Source of the DNA: a virus
Lineage: Duplodnaviria > Caudoviricetes
Direction: 5' to 3' (one strand)
IMG/VR virus record: IMGVR_UViG_3300019768_000005
Location: 1-60,636 of that record
DNA length: 60,636 bases
Shown here piece after piece: positions 36,640 to 46,453 of the stretch (position 1 is its first letter; every line of letters starts with the position of its first letter). The position numbers were made by a program, and so were the translations under genes. A model generated the notes under the pieces. It made no database searches and was not told where the DNA came from. It saw nothing but the letters and a program-made list of their open reading frames with translations.

Positions 36640-37779
36640 TTATGTAAAGACTATCGTTGCCGAATCTTCACCTGTATCACCCAACGCTGTTCCAGAAATA
36701 GTCAGAGACACAGTAGGAGAAGATGATTGAACCTGTGGAACCTCAAGCTCAACGTAAGGCAAGTTAATCGTGCAAGTCTTCCCTGCCCCGTTTGCAATTG
36801 AGATTATTACCGCTGTTTTAACGTTTTGTGTTGCGTTATAAAAATAGCTTAGATCATTTTCCCTGAATAAAACGCTTGGTGAAAATGTGATATTTCTTTG
36901 ATCTTCGACATATTCTTCAACGTATCCAGATGATGTGATTTCGTCCGTTTGCCATGCTACAGGCGAGTTAATTGTCACATCTGTTGATTTTAAGGCCTTT
37001 GTTGATCCGTCGAATGAAATGGTAGTGTCTTTGTTTTCAAGGACGGATCCTACTGGCGTAAAAGTCGGCAGAAATCCTTTAATAACGGCTCCGTCATCAC
37101 AAGTGATACTGTCTGCCATGGTCAACGTGTCTGTGTCATAGTCAACAGACACAATTTTATATCCGGCATCGGTGTTAGTATCAGATCCAATCTGAACATA
37201 TCCACCAGCGATGAATTTCTTTGCATCGTCAACAATAACCTCTGTATCCGCAGATACGGCACCGGCAACGGCATCGGTACCGACCCAACCCCTAACCATG
37301 AATCCACCCGAAAAATCAACCTTTGCACCACCAGTTGTCGACATTGACAACTTTCCGGATTCTGCACATGCGCCTGTACCGAAGAAAACAGTATGACCCT
37401 TCTTCATCCAGATCGTAAAACTTGGCTTTTCCTTCGCTTGCGCGTATGTCACTGATGTGGCAGGCGAAATAGTTTCAAGTCCCTGCAAAGATTTAAAAAG
37501 AACACCGCCCATTGGTGCCGTTCCAGCAGTTCCTGACGGCCGCAAGTAAATCGGAATACTCCACGTACCAGCCCCGGTCTGATCCTGAATTCGGTCCAAA
37601 ACATCAAGGGAATCAACGATTTCCTCTGAATTTGTAAAAGACGGCTGCTGATTAATATCCGCGTCACCAGCCGAAACAACCATCTGTGCTGCCGTTGTGG
37701 GGAAAACGGCTGTCCCTTTTGTGCTTTCCTCGACGCAAAAAACAATCTGCTCACGCGCCTTTGCTACTGTATTAGTCAT
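36640..37779 (-). CDS. Major tail tube protein
   Basis: Position; EEST.GT N-terminus; beta-rich sequence. Confidence 0.75.
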   Translation of the reverse strand: MTNTVAKAREQIVFCVEESTKGTAVFPTTAAQMVVSAGDADINQQPSFTNSEEIVDSLDVLDRIQDQTGAGTWSIPIYLRPSGTAGTAPMGGVLFKSLQGLETISPATSVTYAQAKEKPSFTIWMKKGHTVFFGTGACAESGKLSMSTTGGAKVDFSGGFMVRGWVGTDAVAGAVSADTEVIVDDAKKFIAGGYVQIGSDTNTDAGYKIVSVDYDTDTLTMADSITCDDGAVIKGFLPTFTPVGSVLENKDTTISFDGSTKALKSTDVTINSPVAWQTDEITSSGYVEEYVEDQRNITFSPSVLFRENDLSYFYNATQNVKTAVIISIANGAGKTCTINLPYVELEVPQVQSSSPTVSLTISGTALGDTGEDSATIVFT

Positions 37780-37780
37780 T

Positions 37781-38179
37781 TTAACTCTCCGTTATTACAG
37801 AAAATGGTATTGTAACTTGGTGATGATTCGCTTGTAAGTCGTTATCAACTCCAAGAAATTCGGTATGGGGCATGATATCCCCGATTTCACACACCACACC
37901 GCCTATGTCCTTGCGAAAAAAAAGTTCCTCAATCGCCCCTGAATATGCTTCTCCCTGGATTGTGCCCGCTCCCAAAACTGTGAATACATTGATTTTAAAA
38001 ATACCGACGCGATTAGACGCACCTCCTATTTCCAAAGAGGTATTTCCACCAGGCAAAAAATAAGATTCTATATATGGCAAGTCCGGCTGTTGGTCTTGAG
38101 ACACCCGCCTGATGCTTGTATGATCCCAATTAGCGTCAAGATAATCCGATATCGTCGTGTTTATTTCATGAGGCTTCAT
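37781..38179 (-). CDS. Tail terminator/completion protein
   Basis: Position; G...INVF...G.G, VTIPF. Confidence 0.7.
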   Translation of the reverse strand: MKPHEINTTISDYLDANWDHTSIRRVSQDQQPDLPYIESYFLPGGNTSLEIGGASNRVGIFKINVFTVLGAGTIQGEAYSGAIEELFFRKDIGGVVCEIGDIMPHTEFLGVDNDLQANHHQVTIPFSVITES

Positions 38180-38637
38180 GCTGGCTCAAGTCCCTCAAAT
38201 TTAGCTAATTCTTTGTTGAAGTGGTTTGAAAAATCAGCGAGAGAGAGAGCGACAAAACCGACAGGGGCTTGTGTGGACGTCCCGTTTTCAAGTTGCTCGA
38301 TATACTCAATATTGTTGTATATGATGACTTGGTTATCGCTGATTCCGAAAGAAAATCCGTCCATTTCTTTACCGGCAAATTGGCCTATCATCGAGTCTCT
38401 GATATCTTTAGGCCAGCCCCCTTCAGGAGGCTCTGTAGATAGCTTGGTTGAGCCAGTTGAGATTCCCCAAGAAGCGGCAGCCCTTCCGGTGTCACGAGGG
38501 CATCGCCTGACGACCTCTCTGTAAAGATCAAGGCATGACTTCCTTATTACTTTCTCAACATTTTTAGTTGCGTAATCAGCAATGGCATTTAATGATTTTA
38601 CAAACTCTGCTGCATTGCCAGTGACATCGTTCATCAT
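38176..38637 (-). CDS. HK97 gp10-like tail completion protein
   Basis: P.DTGRA..SW, NNIEYIEQLENGTSTQAP.G. Confidence 0.8.
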   Translation of the reverse strand: MMNDVTGNAAEFVKSLNAIADYATKNVEKVIRKSCLDLYREVVRRCPRDTGRAAASWGISTGSTKLSTEPPEGGWPKDIRDSMIGQFAGKEMDGFSFGISDNQVIIYNNIEYIEQLENGTSTQAPVGFVALSLADFSNHFNKELAKFEGLEPA

Positions 38638-39206
38638 GATAAGGCCTGCCTTCCGTGATTTTCGTGATATCCCAGTGACGCTTCTGCTTTTTGCCTTGCT
38701 ACGGCTGCATCTTCAAATAGGTCGAAATACCCAAGGTGTTTTCGCCTGTTTTTTCCGCCGATATATGCAACCCACTTATCCATCCCTTTGTGCCAACCAA
38801 CGCCTACTGAACCTGAAATGTTGTTCTTTTGCATACTGTGGTTTTGGGCATTTTCAAGCTTCGATGCAGACCTTAAGTTAGCCCATGCATTGTTCAAACC
38901 CACACCATCGATATGGTCCACATCGCATTCAGGGAAAGAACCTTCCATATATAGAAATGCAAGCCTGTGGGTCTTGTATATTTTTCCAAAGACTTTTACC
39001 TTTCGATATCCGATTAGCGGGGCATCTTGATACTCAACCCACCCGGCAACATTCCCTGCATTTTTTTTATTCCATGCGTTACATGTTCTATGTGGAATCA
39101 CACAATGCTGGAACATATCAACCGTACGTAGATTCCACGTAAATACGCCTGTGAATGGGTTGTAATCTAAAACTTCCTTCAACAATTCTTGAGTAAGTTC
39201 AATCAT
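38634..39206 (-). CDS. HNH endonuclease with AP2 domain
   Basis: HRLAFLY, VDHIDG..NN..NLR, SG..GV.W..KW.A..HLGYF. Confidence 0.9.
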   Translation of the reverse strand: MIELTQELLKEVLDYNPFTGVFTWNLRTVDMFQHCVIPHRTCNAWNKKNAGNVAGWVEYQDAPLIGYRKVKVFGKIYKTHRLAFLYMEGSFPECDVDHIDGVGLNNAWANLRSASKLENAQNHSMQKNNISGSVGVGWHKGMDKWVAYIGGKNRRKHLGYFDLFEDAAVARQKAEASLGYHENHGRQALS

Positions 39207-39571
39207 GTCCGCACCTGGATGTTAAAGAGCAAAGGAACGTTGCCGGGGGATAACGGATATATATTGATAACCTCCTGGGTATCTGATCCTATTAAAACCT
39301 GATATGTCGTATCAAGATCAGTCGGAAGGCCGTAAGCTGGTGTGACCAATAAACAATCACCAATTTGTATAATTGTTCCATCCACTTCTCGTATGTCGTA
39401 TTCTTTGCGTATTGCGTATGTTTCGACATTGACAGGGTCTGTCTTGCCAACCCACTCCATGGTGTCCGGGTCAAATTCCCCTGGACTACCTGGCAGGCTT
39501 ACTGTTACAGCAAAGCCCTCAGACTTTATATCATTATAAATAGATAACTGTTCTGCTGCCCAATCAGTCAT
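39203..39571 (-). CDS. Head closure protein
   Basis: Position; VDGTIIQ.GD motif. Confidence 0.65.
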   Translation of the reverse strand: MTDWAAEQLSIYNDIKSEGFAVTVSLPGSPGEFDPDTMEWVGKTDPVNVETYAIRKEYDIREVDGTIIQIGDCLLVTPAYGLPTDLDTTYQVLIGSDTQEVINIYPLSPGNVPLLFNIQVRT

Positions 39572-39573
39572 AG

Positions 39574-40032
39574 TTAACCCCTTTCAAGCCTTACATTAAC
39601 ACTTGATGTGATGTAAGGAGCCAAAAGCATATCAACTCCGCGAAACCGCTTCCAAGCAGGCGCATTTGATCGGTAAACTTTTTTGATTGCGCCCCCAATC
39701 TCTTTGCTGGAAATATAGTCGTCATTTGTTAATGCAGGGGTCAAAACACCCGGCACTTTAAGCTCTTCAAGCGACAATAGGATATGCGCTTTGGTTATGT
39801 CTTCCGGCTGTTCTACGGAAAGGCTAAATGCTTCACCGATCCATGGCAATGTTTTGAGGTAATCCCAAGCCCTTTGAAGAGCTTGGGATTTTGCGTCATC
39901 TGTACCAGTCCATGTTGAATTACCACGGTCTTCGTGGTATGTATCAGCGGAGTCAACCGTTGCCTGCTCCCAATAATCATCAATATCTATTCTTAAAGAA
40001 ACTGGCCCGACATATTCAAATGGATAAAACAT
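39574..40032 (-). CDS. Head-tail adaptor (DnaT-like ssDNA-binding family)
   Basis: ADTYH..RGN..W..AL.RA.DYL, VD.LL.PY. Confidence 0.7.
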   Translation of the reverse strand: MFYPFEYVGPVSLRIDIDDYWEQATVDSADTYHEDRGNSTWTGTDDAKSQALQRAWDYLKTLPWIGEAFSLSVEQPEDITKAHILLSLEELKVPGVLTPALTNDDYISSKEIGGAIKKVYRSNAPAWKRFRGVDMLLAPYITSSVNVRLERG

Positions 40033-40047
40033 ACAAAGTCCCTTATG

Positions 40048-40224
40048 TTAAATAGATGGTACTTCGCCGGATTGCGAAGCTTTGCTATTGCTTGCTGGTT
40101 TAGCTTTTTTTTTCACTTCAACCTCACCCATAGCCCATCCGCCGGAATCCACCATTTCTCTCGCATCTATGGCTTCAACAGTTTTGATATCGCCTGTTTT
40201 AAGATCTGTTACTTTTTGCTTCAT
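40048..40224 (-). CDS. Small head-associated protein
   Basis: Hand translation MKQKVTDLKTG..IDAREMV. Confidence 0.55.
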   Translation of the reverse strand: MKQKVTDLKTGDIKTVEAIDAREMVDSGGWAMGEVEVKKKAKPASNSKASQSGEVPSI

Positions 40225-40232
40225 AATTTATC

Positions 40233-40628
40233 CTATGCCAGAGTTACTCCGAATTCATCTAAAACCACCCATTTTGTAGAATTAGAAATTAATGTAAGCG
40301 TTTCTCCGGCTGCATTAAAAGTTGCTGTGGTCGCCGCTGACCCACCTGCCACATTTGTTAGTGCCAAGGTGACCGCATTAGTGCTTGTCGTCCCAGTCAT
40401 TTCAATAACCATCGTTTGGCATCCACGGATTGGAGCTGCAAGGGTCACTGCATAAGTGGATGTAGCAGGTCCTGTGATCTTAACGTGGCAAGCATCTGTT
40501 GAGATTGCATCAGCTTCGGTTATTTCCTGTACTGAGCCAATAACATCTGTAATAGCAGTCTCTTTACGTTTAATAACACCTATGGCTGGCTTGTCGTATG
40601 TCTCAATATATCCTGATGTTGTTCTCAT
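40233..40628 (-). CDS. Putative virion structural protein
   Basis: Thr/Ala-rich beta protein in head cluster. Confidence 0.55.
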   Translation of the reverse strand: MRTTSGYIETYDKPAIGVIKRKETAITDVIGSVQEITEADAISTDACHVKITGPATSTYAVTLAAPIRGCQTMVIEMTGTTSTNAVTLALTNVAGGSAATTATFNAAGETLTLISNSTKWVVLDEFGVTLA

Positions 40629-40637
40629 CGGATGCCC

Positions 40638-41090
40638 TTAAACCTGGATTGCGTAGGCAGAGTAATTGATGCCGGTTGCAATAGTTCCGGCAACGACAGT
40701 ATAAATCCTGATATACCTGTAATATGTGCCGTCATTTTCGTTATCAAAATACAGCTTGTATCGTCCGGTTGAATCGTCTTTGTTGCAATCCGTGCGCTTT
40801 ACTTCAGCAGCGCTCAAATTGATGGATGCAAGGTCGGCAATAGTTGCCGCTGTGAAATCAGTATCAGGAGAACCCTGAATCACGATGTCGTAAATCTCAT
40901 CGTTTGATGCAATTTCCAGGGCAGATACATCCAAGATCATACATCCCTTAAACAGTCCTGTGCCTACATCAACATATTTTGCGGCGCTGTCTACCTGCGC
41001 GGCTGCTGATGCAGCGACAAGCCCTGCGTCTTTAAATTCAAGCTCCGAGTCAAAAGTTCCTGTCGGTCGTGTTTTTACTCCAGTAGCCAT
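40638..41090 (-). CDS. Putative capsid cement/decoration protein
   Basis: Directly after the major capsid gene; YRYIRIY..VAGT. Confidence 0.6.
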   Translation of the reverse strand: MATGVKTRPTGTFDSELEFKDAGLVAASAAAQVDSAAKYVDVGTGLFKGCMILDVSALEIASNDEIYDIVIQGSPDTDFTAATIADLASINLSAAEVKRTDCNKDDSTGRYKLYFDNENDGTYYRYIRIYTVVAGTIATGINYSAYAIQV

Positions 41091-41104
41091 TTTTTATTCC
41101 TTTC

Positions 41105-42031
41105 CTATGCCGTTACGGCTGCGTTTTTAACTCCGCGCAAACGCGCGGCTGCTCTGCCGTGATACATGCTGATACCGGCATACCATTCAACTCTTGTCCT
41201 CATAGCTGGCTTGTTTTGTAATTCTCCGAGGTCTCTTGCTTCAATAGTTTTATTCTGGATACCCTGCAATTTGCCTGGCATCATTGATACACAATAAATT
41301 GAGCATGCTGTAGCAGTCGATCCGCCCGACCCAACTTCTGTGAATGGCAAGATGTCGCTATCTTCATTGTCCTTGTCAAGCACCAAAATTGGTAAACCTG
41401 AATAGGTCTGGATCGGTTTGCCCCAGTTGTCTTTTTCTGTTACCAGAAACCCACCGATTGACGTTGAACGAGAAGCTGTTGTAATTCTCCTGACTAACGT
41501 CTTGTTGAAAAGCAAATGAGTCGGGTCGTCAACTGCCTGTATCAATTCGTCAAGCTTTTCCAGGGATAGGGCGTCACCGCCGTCAGTTGATCCAGCTTCA
41601 ATGAGCTGGCTTCCTGTCAGCCTTACCTGAAGGCCATCAAATTCCCTCGGGTCTGATTCCTGGTCTCCTTTGATAAAAGCTTTTGTCCATGCCAGCGCAA
41701 GTGATTTAGCCTTCATCTCTTCTTGTACGGATCTTTGACCCATACCCATCGTGTCTATAATAAATTTATCTACATCAAGGTCACCACCTGCGATGACAAG
41801 TGGTTCAATTTGCGGGTTAATGATTCCAGTAGATTCAGTATAAGACTCATTGATACCACGAAATCCAACACCTGGGAGAGTTTCCTCTCTGTTGTACTTC
41901 ATCGCTGATCCCATGATATTGTCAAAGCCAAGGTTAGCCAATACTGGAGATGATTTTGCATACATTTCTATTACGGCAGATTGAACTGGGTCTTGAATCC
42001 TTTTCAGCGCCTCGAGCAGTGTTAGTGCCAT
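41105..42031 (-). CDS. Major capsid protein (HK97 fold)
   Basis: LTLLEA, LPGVGFRGINE, GGDLDVD, FDGL..R, RTRVEWY. Confidence 0.85.
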   Translation of the reverse strand: MALTLLEALKRIQDPVQSAVIEMYAKSSPVLANLGFDNIMGSAMKYNREETLPGVGFRGINESYTESTGIINPQIEPLVIAGGDLDVDKFIIDTMGMGQRSVQEEMKAKSLALAWTKAFIKGDQESDPREFDGLQVRLTGSQLIEAGSTDGGDALSLEKLDELIQAVDDPTHLLFNKTLVRRITTASRSTSIGGFLVTEKDNWGKPIQTYSGLPILVLDKDNEDSDILPFTEVGSGGSTATACSIYCVSMMPGKLQGIQNKTIEARDLGELQNKPAMRTRVEWYAGISMYHGRAAARLRGVKNAAVTA

Positions 42032-42044
42032 TGTTTATAGTTCC

Positions 42045-42725
42045 TTAAAATGATTTTACGCCCCGCGAATAATCAAGCCGTTCGGTTGGAGTCATCTTTG
42101 ATATATCCGCGTTGCCGGGTTTATGTACTCCAGGCGGTGTACCTCCACCACCAGGAATGCCAGGGAAATACCTGGGCTTCAATTCCTTGAAATCTTTTGA
42201 ATAAAAATCTGTTAGCGTCTTTGCCGTCGGGTCTCCGTCATCGTCCACGACTACAATGTTGCCTTCGTCGTCAAGCTTACGGTTTTTTGCAGTAATCAAA
42301 AGCACGTCGTCAATGTCTTCCGGGATCACCCCGGCGTCAAGTGCTGCTTTTCTGGCTTCGCGGTCAAGATGGAATTTGTGGAGTTTTTGCTCAAGGTCTT
42401 TCGCCTTTGATTCTCCCTCTTCCTTGATACGTGCAATTTCAGCGTCCCTTTTTTTCAGGGAATTTTCGTATCTCTCTTTTTCTGTCAAGCCTTCTTCATG
42501 TGCCTTCAACATGTCGGCGTATTTTTCAGGGTCTACGTTTTTAAATCTTGCAAGGTTCTTTGCGGCCAACTCTTTGGCTTCACGCTCTTTTTGAAGAGCA
42601 GATTTTAAACCGGATACGTCTGGCATCTCAACATCTCGTTGAAACTTGCCGTCAACTTCAGTCCAATTTGCTTTTTCATCATCTGGAACGTTGTCCAGAT
42701 TTTCAATGATTTCAAGTATCGCCAT
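42045..42725 (-). CDS. Capsid scaffolding protein
   Basis: GLKSALQKER coiled coil, GGGT tail; precedes the capsid gene. Confidence 0.75.
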   Translation of the reverse strand: MAILEIIENLDNVPDDEKANWTEVDGKFQRDVEMPDVSGLKSALQKEREAKELAAKNLARFKNVDPEKYADMLKAHEEGLTEKERYENSLKKRDAEIARIKEEGESKAKDLEQKLHKFHLDREARKAALDAGVIPEDIDDVLLITAKNRKLDDEGNIVVVDDDGDPTAKTLTDFYSKDFKELKPRYFPGIPGGGGTPPGVHKPGNADISKMTPTERLDYSRGVKSF

Positions 42726-42905
42726 TTTTTTAAGCCTCTCGCTTTGGTCGGCACCGTCTCGGAATCCAACCTATTTTTTTAATTGATACTACTTCTATCC
42801 TATATTACCTTTAGCGCAGTTTAATAATAAGTAATACGTATGTCAAGTTAATTTGTGGTTTAACTTTGTGGAATAACTTTTTTCTTACTTTTTTTGAAAA
42901 AGGTA

Positions 42906-42934
42906 TTGACTTGATTTGTAGGTGGGTGTATAGT
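42906..42934 (+). promoter_or_regulatory. Strong sigma70-like promoter
   Basis: TTGACT-17-TATAGT with TG extension. Confidence 0.7.
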
Positions 42935-42978
42935 TTGATTATTGAGTGAGCGAAAAACAAACCACAAAGGGAAAAGCC

Positions 42979-43203
42979 ATGACAAATGTAAAAACATTAC
43001 ACGCAAAAACAGAAGACGATTTCAAAAAACTTGATAGAATTATTGACAGTCTTACAAAAGAAGTTGTCGAATCAGTCAAGGGTTCAAAAGATTTTGTAAT
43101 AACGACGGCTTGCTTTATCGACGATGAATTTGTTTTAGTTAGCGAATATGATATAAACGAGTCTTTTTATAATTCGCTTAAAAAAGCTGCTTTAGCGATA
43201 TAA
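42979..43203 (+). CDS. Hypothetical protein
   Basis: RBS before MTNVK. Confidence 0.6.
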   Translation: MTNVKTLHAKTEDDFKKLDRIIDSLTKEVVESVKGSKDFVITTACFIDDEFVLVSEYDINESFYNSLKKAALAI

Positions 43204-43250
43204 AACACCAAACAGCCCCGGCAACCGGGGCATAACTAAAGGATGACGGA

Positions 43251-43397
43251 ATGGAATACAAAATGATCAAAGCAGGAGAAGAAAGCACAATCAAAGAAAC
43301 CGAAGCAATCGAAATCATCGGCAGCAAGAATGGCCTTGAGATCGCTAAAGAAGGATTGTCTTTTGTGCAGGATGATATTGAAATCTTTTTTGAATAA
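43251..43397 (+). CDS. Small hypothetical protein
   Basis: Hand translation MEYKMIKAGEE..; hairpin and RBS upstream. Confidence 0.55.
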   Translation: MEYKMIKAGEESTIKETEAIEIIGSKNGLEIAKEGLSFVQDDIEIFFE

Positions 43398-43436
43398 ACC
43401 CAACCAGCCGGGATGCGGGCACAAAGGAACGAAGCA

Positions 43437-43637
43437 ATGGAGTGGATTGATATAAAAGTAAAAAAGCCTGATACAAAAGAGCCTGTTGTATACGCAAGGC
43501 CAAACATAAACGGCGGTTACCATGTAGGTATAGCTTATTGGGTGATTGGTAAGAAATGGAACCCTGAGATGGAATCAGTCAATTCGCCTGAGGGGTTCAC
43601 ACACTGGATACCCCTACCAGAACCGCCAAAACAATAA
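43437..43637 (+). CDS. DUF551-like protein
   Basis: MEWI..K.KP ... THWIPLPEPP. Confidence 0.8.
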   Translation: MEWIDIKVKKPDTKEPVVYARPNINGGYHVGIAYWVIGKKWNPEMESVNSPEGFTHWIPLPEPPKQ

Positions 43638-43678
43638 ACCAAAGCACTGTCAACCGTGGTGCAAAAAAGGAGAAACAA

Positions 43679-43999
43679 ATGACTGACACAACTTATGAAA
43701 AAATTGGAACAACGATCACCATCGAGTCGAAAAAAGAAGACGGTATCAAGCTTTGTCTGTTACACCCCTTGGAAGTTTTCTGGCTCAACAAAAAAGCATA
43801 TATGATGACAAATTTGCAGGATGCAAGCTTGCCCCTTGTTGTAAGTTTGTCAGATGGATCAGCCGTGGCCATGAGCCCAGATTGCAAAGTTTTTCCTGTT
43901 GAGGCAGAAGTCGTTGTCTCGTCTCGTCCTGTAAAAGAGATTCGTCCTTTTTTTGAAAAACGAGAGGTGTCTATTAACTGGTATTTAGAGGAGAAGTAA
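43679..43999 (+). CDS. Hypothetical protein
   Basis: AGGAG RBS. Confidence 0.6.
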   Translation: MTDTTYEKIGTTITIESKKEDGIKLCLLHPLEVFWLNKKAYMMTNLQDASLPLVVSLSDGSAVAMSPDCKVFPVEAEVVVSSRPVKEIRPFFEKREVSINWYLEEK

Positions 44000-44002
44000 A
44001 AG

Positions 44003-44155
44003 ATGCAGTTTATTGATATTCTTAGGGTTGCGTTGTGTTAGATAATAGTGATCAGCATATTAAAAAGTATTAAGGAAAAGAATACGAATGCATTCTGTGG
44101 ATAGACCGTTGCTGGGATTGAGTGGTTGGAGTTATATTTAAGGATACAATCTTAA
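44003..44155 (+). pseudogene. Small membrane-protein gene with two in-frame TAGs (44039, 44102)
   Basis: MQFIDILRVALC*IIVISILKSIKEKNTNAFCG*TVAGIEWLELYLRIQS; fills the operon gap. Confidence 0.5.
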
Positions 44156-44182
44156 ATAATATCAACAAAACAAGGATGAGTT

Positions 44183-44341
44183 ATGAAGAATTATTTTGTG
44201 CAGATTATAGAATATGAAAATGATAGGGTTGTAGAAATAATGGGACCATTTGCAGAAATAAAGGCTGTAAAAGTTGATGATGGTGTCAACATAAACCTAA
44301 ATCATGAGAAGTATTACACTATTATAGTTGAGGATGAGTAG
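44183..44341 (+). CDS. Small hypothetical protein
   Basis: Hand translation MKNYFVQIIEY..; AAGGA RBS. Confidence 0.55.
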   Translation: MKNYFVQIIEYENDRVVEIMGPFAEIKAVKVDDGVNINLNHEKYYTIIVEDE

Positions 44342-44344
44342 TCA

Positions 44345-44539
44345 ATGTTAAAAGAGAACAGAATACCTAAATGCCCATTTTGCAACGGTCGTGTAATTTA
44401 CACCGAGTGTGATTATGAAATAAGGCAACCAGATATAGTTCAATGTGTTGGCGAATGTTTCTTTGAAATAATGTGTGATTATGAAAAAGGGAAATCGCTT
44501 GAATGGTATATGAACGCCTTTAAGCACAAGAAACAATAA
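44345..44539 (+). CDS. Lar-like zinc-ribbon protein
   Basis: KCPFCNG..VQC..C. Confidence 0.55.
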   Translation: MLKENRIPKCPFCNGRVIYTECDYEIRQPDIVQCVGECFFEIMCDYEKGKSLEWYMNAFKHKKQ

Positions 44540-44558
44540 AACAAAGGAGAAGTAAAAA

Positions 44559-44768
44559 ATGGAATACCTAAACATCAAAAACCTGAAAGAACCTGGTTAT
44601 TACTGGTGGCTGCCTATGTGTGATGTAAAAAGCCCTGAAAATGAAAAATGTTGGACTATAATTAATTTCCACCCCCTCCATTCTCATCGTGAAAAGTCTG
44701 GAATAGTTTGTGGCCCAATAGTGGCTCCTGTTTGTTCTCCGATTGATTTAAATAAACACCTTAAATAG
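44559..44768 (+). CDS. Hypothetical protein
   Basis: EPGYYWW motif; RBS. Confidence 0.6.
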   Translation: MEYLNIKNLKEPGYYWWLPMCDVKSPENEKCWTIINFHPLHSHREKSGIVCGPIVAPVCSPIDLNKHLK

Positions 44769-44815
44769 AATGCCAACCAGACCCAGGTAAGTCGATAAAC
44801 TGCCTGAAAGGAATC

Positions 44816-45004
44816 ATGGAAGAAATAGAATCGTACACCCACGGCGGGAAACGACAAAAGGCAGGCCGGAAGACCAAGCCCGACAAGAAGGTGCCGTATT
44901 GCACTAAGGTAAGGCCAGATCAGCGTGAATGGCTCAGGATGCGTAACGGGTCAAAAGAGATAGAAGTACTCATAGACGGCGCAATGTTGCGCGAAAAAGA
45001 ATAA
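44816..45004 (+). CDS. Small DNA-binding protein
   Basis: HGGKRQKAGRK motif. Confidence 0.65.
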   Translation: MEEIESYTHGGKRQKAGRKTKPDKKVPYCTKVRPDQREWLRMRNGSKEIEVLIDGAMLREKE

Positions 45005-45032
45005 ATTAAAAGAAACGTAAGGAACAGCAAAA

Positions 45033-45380
45033 ATGAAGAAAACGCTAACAGCAATACTGGTAATGGCAATCGTATTTGTAATGGTAGCTTTTGCATACGC
45101 AGGGGATGTGAAATACACAAAGAAAACCTACATCGCGTCGATTTGGGAACATCAGCTCGACAAGGCTTGCGAAGTTTCTTCGAATGATGACAAAGTTGCA
45201 TTTATGAGTATGATAAATAACAAGCTGGTGTTCGTGATGAAAGAAGGAATTCCGGTTTATATCGTAGAATACAGCTTTCCTGGCAAGATAAAAATCAGGC
45301 CTCACGGATCTTTTTCTGAATTTTGGACTCTTTCCGAAGCTGTCCAAAACGATAAGCCTAATCAAACAGAAACTAAATAA
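45033..45380 (+). CDS. Secreted protein
   Basis: Signal peptide MKK..AFAYA. Confidence 0.7.
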   Translation: MKKTLTAILVMAIVFVMVAFAYAGDVKYTKKTYIASIWEHQLDKACEVSSNDDKVAFMSMINNKLVFVMKEGIPVYIVEYSFPGKIKIRPHGSFSEFWTLSEAVQNDKPNQTETK

Positions 45381-45391
45381 ACATCAAAACC

Positions 45392-45428
45392 AAACCGCTG
45401 GACTATTTAATTATAGCCCGGCGGTTTT
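45392..45428. terminator. Bidirectional terminator
   Basis: AAACCGCTGG...CCGGCGGTTTT between convergent genes. Confidence 0.7.
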
Positions 45429-45437
45429 CTGTTTGTT

Positions 45438-45923
45438 TTATTTCTTTTCAAATCCGAACGAAAGCATATCTATTGTTACCAAAACCTCTTGGCCAGATTC
45501 TGTGTTTACCAAACTAATTTTATCAACGGTTATATAGTCTACCGTGAATTCTTCGTCAGATGGTATATTGTCTCTGCTATTATTGTATATGTTTGTTTTT
45601 ACCGGGTACTTATTTATATAAACATCTTCCATTTTATTCCATCCTTTTGTGTCTCCCCAAGAACCGTAAATATAGGCAGCAAAATTATTTTTTGCGTATT
45701 CTATAAACGATTCCTCGATTTCATTTGATAGATCTTCAAGCGATTGTTTAAACGTCTTTTTGGGTTCTTGTTTGGCTTTCAATTTTGATAATTCTTTTTG
45801 GCTATATATAAAGTGTACTTCCTGTGCAACTTCAAACGCAACTTGCTTCAATGCAAGGTACAATGACTTGCTGTCCGGCATTCCTAAATCGCGCATTATC
45901 TGTTTAAATCTTCCGTCATCCAT
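45438..45923 (-). CDS. Hypothetical protein
   Basis: AGGAG RBS. Confidence 0.6.
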   Translation of the reverse strand: MDDGRFKQIMRDLGMPDSKSLYLALKQVAFEVAQEVHFIYSQKELSKLKAKQEPKKTFKQSLEDLSNEIEESFIEYAKNNFAAYIYGSWGDTKGWNKMEDVYINKYPVKTNIYNNSRDNIPSDEEFTVDYITVDKISLVNTESGQEVLVTIDMLSFGFEKK

Positions 45924-45924
45924 G

Positions 45925-46116
45925 TCATTCTCCTTTTTGCTTGGCTATTATTTTAAGGCAGTTCTTGCAGGTAACCTTGCTTTTATCTGTTGTGTGGCGT
46001 CCACTATCTGGCTTGTGATTATCCTGAAACGACATGCCACAAATTGTAATGGTATGTCGCCCGCTCATCGGACCAAAGAAGAACTTCCCGTTGTTGTAAT
46101 GGATCACTTTTTTCAT
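45925..46116 (-). CDS. Small zinc-binding protein
   Basis: H..ICG..VTCKNC. Confidence 0.6.
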   Translation of the reverse strand: MKKVIHYNNGKFFFGPMSGRHTITICGMSFQDNHKPDSGRHTTDKSKVTCKNCLKIIAKQKGE

Positions 46117-46237
46117 AATGCGACCCCAAAATATTTTAATAGTTGCAAACAATCCAAACTTGTGGTACTAATTAAATCAGTCATAGTTCTTCCTTTGTTT
46201 TGTGGTTGCCCGGCAGGTTCGCTTGCCGGGTTTTTCT

Positions 46238-46423
46238 TTAATCACTAAGAGACCATACTTTACTTCCGTCATGGCTATCAATAATATGAGCCCATTCGAT
46301 ACGCTGTTCTTCTTTTTCCAACACAGCCTTTAAATGGCTAACGCTGTCACCATCGCTAATTAAATCATCCCATCCCCCATCAAGGTAATAACACTCACCA
46401 CCAAATAACAAATATCTTTTCAT
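46238..46423 (-). CDS. Hypothetical protein
   Basis: YLLFGG..YY..GGWDD. Confidence 0.65.
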   Translation of the reverse strand: MKRYLLFGGECYYLDGGWDDLISDGDSVSHLKAVLEKEEQRIEWAHIIDSHDGSKVWSLSD

Positions 46424-46453
46424 GTCGCTAACCCCTTTTAATCTAACACTTAT

